From positions 1-53,011 of the forward strand of contig CAZXZO010000013.1 of NCBI GenBank assembly GCA_964645485.1: a stretch of DNA of 53,011 nt. The letters run 5' to 3'. Under the pieces are notes generated by a model. The model was not told the origin of the DNA, made no database searches, and worked only from the letters and a program-made list of their open reading frames with translations. This DNA comes from an uncultured Candidatus Poseidoniales archaeon (GTDB lineage Archaea > Thermoplasmatota > Poseidoniia > Poseidoniales > Thalassarchaeaceae). This document shows, piece after piece, positions 48,500 to 53,011 of the stretch (positions are counted from its first letter, which is position 1; every line of letters starts with the position of its first letter). A program made the translations under genes and the position numbers.

Positions 48500-48556
48500 G
48501 CGGCTAGATTTATGGGCGAAAGGTTCTATTCTCCCTACCTCGCGTGCGCATGAGGG

Positions 48557-51500
48557 ATGACCATGCGTGACGTACCAACTGCTCGGCGAAAGATGTTTTT
48601 AAAATCAGCAATTTTAGTTGCAATATTCATATTTTCAGTATTCTCAATGATGGTTGCGAATGTCGAATTAGACGATGAACCGACAAAAAATTTCACATCT
48701 CCTCAGGAGACTTTACTTTGGGGTACATCCATCTCTGGAAGTTCAAGTACTGATTCAGTAGAAGCAATAGAAATGGATGCACATGGGAATACCTATGTTT
48801 GTGGTTACTTTTACAATAATGCTCGATTTGGCAACATTAATCTCATTGCAATGGGTTCTACCGATGGTTTTGTTGGTAAGATATCTCCATCAGGTACCTG
48901 GTTGTGGGTTGAAAAAATGGGTGGAAGCAGTTCAGATTACTGCTATGACATAGATGTTGATGATGGCGGAAATATCTCCATTACTGGCTCTTTTTACAAT
49001 CAAGGAACATTTGGTAGTACCAGCTTTTCAAGCGCAGGTAGTTACGATATATTTGTTGCTAAATTAGATACTAATGGTACATGGCAATGGGCTATCAAGG
49101 GCGGCGGAAGCAGTTCTGATTACGGCCATGGAGTTGCAATTGATAACAATGGCAACGTCTACGCCACAGGTTATTTCTATACATCTGGTACAATCTATTT
49201 CGGCTCAACCACAATTCCTGGTTACACCTATGACGATGCATATGTAGCAAAGATCAATTCGGCTGGAAACGTCGAATGGGCTCACAGAATGTACGGTAGT
49301 TATTATCAGAGAGGAAGGGGGATTGATGTCAATGATAATGGCGAAGTTGCAGTAGTTGGAGAATTCAGTTATTGGATGACACCTGAAGGAACTGGAGGCA
49401 GTTGTGGTCAATTATCTCCTAGTTATCAATCATCGAGTTATTATCGAGTTTTCATCGCAAAATATACTTCCAGCGGGGCCTGTGTTTGGGCAAATTGGGC
49501 TGGATATGAAAGTTCATACCAAGCTTATGGAGAAGATGTTGTAATTGATAATTCTGGTGAAATTTCTCTGACTGGCAGATTCAATTACCGAATGCAATTT
49601 AGTGGGACATGGATTTACGCTTACCAACAAAGTTCAAACTGGGATTGTTTTATTGCACAATATAGTAATTCAGGAACCGCATTATGGGCTCAAAATGTTG
49701 GAGGCAGTAGTACAGACTATTGCTGGGCAATTGATTTAGATGAATCATCAGGTAATCTTACAATTGTCGGTGATTATCATTCTTCCACCGCGTGGTTTGG
49801 TAATACATACATCACAAGCGTTGGTTCCCCTGACGCTTTCTATGCTACTCTTGTGAATCAAGGGGGTTCTTGGACATGGGATACAATCCACCACTTTGGT
49901 GGTAGTAGTTCTGATTACGGTCGTGCTGTAGCAGTTCGTAATGGTACAATTGCTTATGGCGGATATTTCCACAGTAATGCTTACGACGATGCTAACACCA
50001 TCACTATGAGTAGTGTTGGTGGTGCAGATGGCTGGATTGTGGTCTATGGCACTGACTCTGATGGAGATGGTGTTGGGGACGGAACTGATGTGTTCCCCAA
50101 TGATAGCAGCCAGTGGGCTGACCGTGATGGCGACGGTTTTGGTGACAACTTAACAGGATTCCAAGGCGATGATTGTCCAGACATTTTTGGTAATTCTACA
50201 GGCGCCGGATATTTTGGCTGCATTGATAATGATGGAGATGGCTGGCCAGATACAATTGACCATTTACCAACTGACCCGACGCAATGGGAAGATACCGATG
50301 GTGATGGATTTGGTAATAATCCGAATGGCACAACTCCTGACGGTTGCCCAATGATGTGGGGCAATTCATGGAGAGACCAGTATGGTTGTTTGGATTTGGA
50401 TGGTGATGGACAATCTGTGTTGAATGACAGATTCCCAAGTCAGCCAACTCAATGGAATGATTCTGATGGTGACAGTATGGGTGATAATTGGGCAGATGGC
50501 TCATGGAATTCAACCCGCCAATTACATTGGCCTGGAATGTGGGTTGCAGGTGCGTTTTCACCCGACCCATCTCCATTAGATTGGGATAATGATGGCTTTG
50601 AAGATGAGGGCATTGATATTAGTACTCCACCTTGGGATGATTGTGAATATGAGGTCGGCGACTCTTGGCAGAATCTAATTGGCTGCCCTGATACTGACGG
50701 TGATGGATGGGCAGATATTGAAGATGAAGTTCCTGGAAATCCGAGTCAGTATGATGATGCTGATGGCGATGGCTTTGGTGACAATTCAAATGGTACAGAA
50801 GTAGATGCTTGTCCTAACAGGGCTGGCAACAGCACCACTGATAGGTTTGGTTGTCCAGACAATGATGGTGATGGACTTTCCAACGATAATGATGATTGTC
50901 CAACTGTAGCAGGTTTGCCTTCTAATGGTTGTCCGGACCGAGATGGTGATGGATACGTGGATGAAGCCGAAGAAAGTGACGAGCCAGTAGATGATTGCCC
51001 TGACACATATGGTACATCTTTTGAAGACCGATACGGTTGTATTGATTTAGATGGTGATGGGTATTCTGATGGCGGTGACCCTTTCCCTGAGGATGAGACT
51101 CAATGGGAAGATAGTGATGAGGATGGTTATGGTGATAATCCTACAGGAAACAATGCTGATGATTGTCCAGCGCGCTGGGGTAACTCCTCCACAGGTGGCT
51201 TACTAGGGTGTGAAGACTGGGACGGAGATGGCTACTCAGACAGTGTAGACCCATTCCCTCAGAATGGCTCATTATGGTCTGACACAGATGGTGATGGATT
51301 TGCAGACCAGCCAAATACGAACTTGTCCGATGATTGCCCAAACAAAGTAGGAAACTCCACTGTTTTCATGTTTGGTTGTCCTGATATGGATGGTGACGGA
51401 ATTCCTGATTCTTGGGATTGGGATATTGATGGTGACGGTTACTCGAATTCTGATGAAGTTCGTTCCGACCCTGTCAGTAATCCACTAGACCCAAACAGCG

Positions 51501-52003
51501 TTCCAGTTGATGATAACAATGATGGAAGGGCTGACGATGTGGCTGAATCAGAATTATCTCAAAGCGCATTGTTACAGGACAGTGTTGGCAAGGTGATTAC
51601 AGGTGCCGTGCTGTTATTGGTAATATTTTCAGTAGTGATGATTGGTATATCCATGACTGCAAGCACTCGCTCCCGTAAATTATTCGAAAAGATGGAAGGT
51701 GAATTACGTACCTCTGAAGGTTTCCAAGGTCTTGCAGACTTAGAAGATGAACTAGATGAGGCTCTTCGTGCAGGAACAATTGCTGGCTCACAGGGCATGC
51801 TGTTACGTCACAACATTGACGAGAGGCGGGCTGAACTTGAGGAAGAATTGCGTATTTCACAACAAGCAGAATGGTGGGCTCAGATGGGACAACAACAACA
51901 GCAGCAAGGTGGCTGGTATCCTACTGAAGGCCAAGCGCAATGGTATGCTGGTCAATATGACCAACAAGGCTACGACCAGCAACAAGGATACGGTCAACAA
52001 TGA
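48557..52003 (+). CDS. Membrane-anchored surface protein: beta-propeller (SBBP-like) repeats, TSP3-like Ca-binding repeats, TM helix, Q/G/Y-rich tail
   Basis: Repeats of DxxGNxYxTGxF...DxFVAKxxxxGxWxW; many DxDGDGxxD...DxCP units; TM near the C-terminus; tail QQQQQQGGWY...GQYDQQGYDQQQGYGQQ. Confidence 0.88.
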   Translation: MTMRDVPTARRKMFLKSAILVAIFIFSVFSMMVANVELDDEPTKNFTSPQETLLWGTSISGSSSTDSVEAIEMDAHGNTYVCGYFYNNARFGNINLIAMGSTDGFVGKISPSGTWLWVEKMGGSSSDYCYDIDVDDGGNISITGSFYNQGTFGSTSFSSAGSYDIFVAKLDTNGTWQWAIKGGGSSSDYGHGVAIDNNGNVYATGYFYTSGTIYFGSTTIPGYTYDDAYVAKINSAGNVEWAHRMYGSYYQRGRGIDVNDNGEVAVVGEFSYWMTPEGTGGSCGQLSPSYQSSSYYRVFIAKYTSSGACVWANWAGYESSYQAYGEDVVIDNSGEISLTGRFNYRMQFSGTWIYAYQQSSNWDCFIAQYSNSGTALWAQNVGGSSTDYCWAIDLDESSGNLTIVGDYHSSTAWFGNTYITSVGSPDAFYATLVNQGGSWTWDTIHHFGGSSSDYGRAVAVRNGTIAYGGYFHSNAYDDANTITMSSVGGADGWIVVYGTDSDGDGVGDGTDVFPNDSSQWADRDGDGFGDNLTGFQGDDCPDIFGNSTGAGYFGCIDNDGDGWPDTIDHLPTDPTQWEDTDGDGFGNNPNGTTPDGCPMMWGNSWRDQYGCLDLDGDGQSVLNDRFPSQPTQWNDSDGDSMGDNWADGSWNSTRQLHWPGMWVAGAFSPDPSPLDWDNDGFEDEGIDISTPPWDDCEYEVGDSWQNLIGCPDTDGDGWADIEDEVPGNPSQYDDADGDGFGDNSNGTEVDACPNRAGNSTTDRFGCPDNDGDGLSNDNDDCPTVAGLPSNGCPDRDGDGYVDEAEESDEPVDDCPDTYGTSFEDRYGCIDLDGDGYSDGGDPFPEDETQWEDSDEDGYGDNPTGNNADDCPARWGNSSTGGLLGCEDWDGDGYSDSVDPFPQNGSLWSDTDGDGFADQPNTNLSDDCPNKVGNSTVFMFGCPDMDGDGIPDSWDWDIDGDGYSNSDEVRSDPVSNPLDPNSVPVDDNNDGRADDVAESELSQSALLQDSVGKVITGAVLLLVIFSVVMIGISMTASTRSRKLFEKMEGELRTSEGFQGLADLEDELDEALRAGTIAGSQGMLLRHNIDERRAELEEELRISQQAEWWAQMGQQQQQQGGWYPTEGQAQWYAGQYDQQGYDQQQGYGQQ

Positions 52004-52074
52004 GCAGGCCTTGTCAGATGCCATGCCCCAAGTTGAAAGAGGGATTCTGATTAGGGATATAGCGAGGTGGACAG

Positions 52075-53011
52075 ATGTCAGGCAAAGTGATTAACGATTC
52101 AATCCATGGAATGTTCCGCATAAAAGGCGTGCGTGAAGAACTTTTAGCAACTCCTGAATTCAACAAACTGAGCCATATTAAGCAACTTGGATTGGCGCAC
52201 TTGGTATTCCCTGGTGCTCATCATACGAGGTTTGAACACTCTCTTGGGGTTTCTCACATTGGTGGCTTGATGGCTGATTCTGTTGGGCTAGATGAACACG
52301 AAAAATCGGTTGTAGAAGTTGCCGGAATGCTTCACGATGTAGGACATGGGCCATACTCTCACACACTCGAGCACATCTTGCACGAACGCGGTGGGGCTGA
52401 CCATATGCATATCACGGAAGGAATAATCACCGGTGATTACGACATTTTGAGAGATGATGAAAACTCACTTTTCGATAATCGACAAAAAGTACCAGATATT
52501 CTTGAAAAGTATGACATTGATCCAGAAGAGGTTGCTGGATTGATTCATGGAGCAGATGCTGCTGGGAGTGAGAGAAATTTGTTTAATTGGTCTGAGGGCG
52601 GAAACAATTTTGAATCACAAGACAACACCTTAGCACACCTAATTCACGGGCCGGTGGATTGTGATCAACTTGACTATCTGCTACGAGATGCTCACTTTAC
52701 TGGAGTCAGGCATGGAGTAGTTGACCATCTTAGATTGGTGGAGTGTCTAGAAAAACACAGTGGTGATGTTGCTGTTACTGAAGGCGGTGTGCCCGCCCTT
52801 GAAGGTATGTTAGTAGCACGTGGTTTGATGTATTCAGCGGTATATTTCCACAAGGTTACTAGGGTAACAGAAATGATGCTATCAAGAGCAGTCGAGCGGA
52901 GTGAGGACAACCTCCCAGATGCTGTTGATATGCAACGAATGGTTGATGCAGAAATTTGGCAAGCGTTAACCGAGGCTGGTGGACTCGCTAAAGATATGCT
53001 TAGAAGACTAA
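52075..53011 (+). CDS. HD-domain phosphohydrolase (dNTP triphosphohydrolase/SAMHD1-like), 3'-truncated by window edge (not in ORF track)
   Basis: Hand translation MSGKVINDSIHG...KQLGLAHLVFPGAHHTRFEHSLGVSH...MLHDVGHGPYSH...DCDQLDYLLRD; GAGGTGG RBS. Confidence 0.93.
   Translation, partial: MSGKVINDSIHGMFRIKGVREELLATPEFNKLSHIKQLGLAHLVFPGAHHTRFEHSLGVSHIGGLMADSVGLDEHEKSVVEVAGMLHDVGHGPYSHTLEHILHERGGADHMHITEGIITGDYDILRDDENSLFDNRQKVPDILEKYDIDPEEVAGLIHGADAAGSERNLFNWSEGGNNFESQDNTLAHLIHGPVDCDQLDYLLRDAHFTGVRHGVVDHLRLVECLEKHSGDVAVTEGGVPALEGMLVARGLMYSAVYFHKVTRVTEMMLSRAVERSEDNLPDAVDMQRMVDAEIWQALTEAGGLAKDMLRRL

Noticed and set aside
229-52910. Numerous 60-190 aa ORFs overlapping the called genes (e.g. 7183-7689, 11219-11740, 11874-12455, 27518-27988)
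   Set aside because: Antisense or alternate-frame shadows of well-supported genes with no recognisable motifs
52075-53011. HD dNTPase plus dUTPase as an antiviral nucleotide-depletion system
   Set aside because: The two genes are ~48 kb apart and both families are common housekeeping genes; no defence context is visible

Overview
Archaeal chromosomal segment, most consistent with marine Thermoplasmatota (Ca. Poseidoniales / Marine Group II-like). This placement is inferred from class I LysRS, aRF1, aIF2-beta, a NOG1 GTPase, an XPD helicase, GGTGA/GGAGG ribosome-binding sites, bacterial-type metabolic genes and giant Ca-binding surface proteins. It is mostly housekeeping and metabolic: lysS, gfcR-like regulator, dut, aIF2-beta, ppsA, pyrH, aRF1-argS, ubiX, a complete lipA/branched-chain 2-oxoacid dehydrogenase/lipB cluster, a pteridine reductase-folB pair, tRNA-Leu(UAA), XPD and a truncated HD phosphohydrolase. 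It also carries three very large membrane-anchored proteins and a Regnase-like NYN nuclease. No transposase, integrase, reverse transcriptase, cas gene or true CRISPR array is visible. The most striking unexplained signal is a ~220-nt intergenic element (46737-46960) divergent from XPD. It has three hairpins each preceded by GGGGT, a fourth G-tract, and a terminal G7/C7 hairpin whose loop is complementary to the loop of the first hairpin, which makes it a candidate structured ncRNA or G-quadruplex element. It lies next to a tandem ribbon-helix-helix gene with a TGTA-W-TACA box array. Other notable signals are four tandem duplications at or just downstream of gene 3' ends (dut, aIF2-beta, tRNA-Leu, window start), an unannotated 39-aa zinc-finger microprotein, and a 2966-aa transglutaminase-like surface protein whose catalytic His appears replaced. 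All protein family calls come from motif reading, not database searches.
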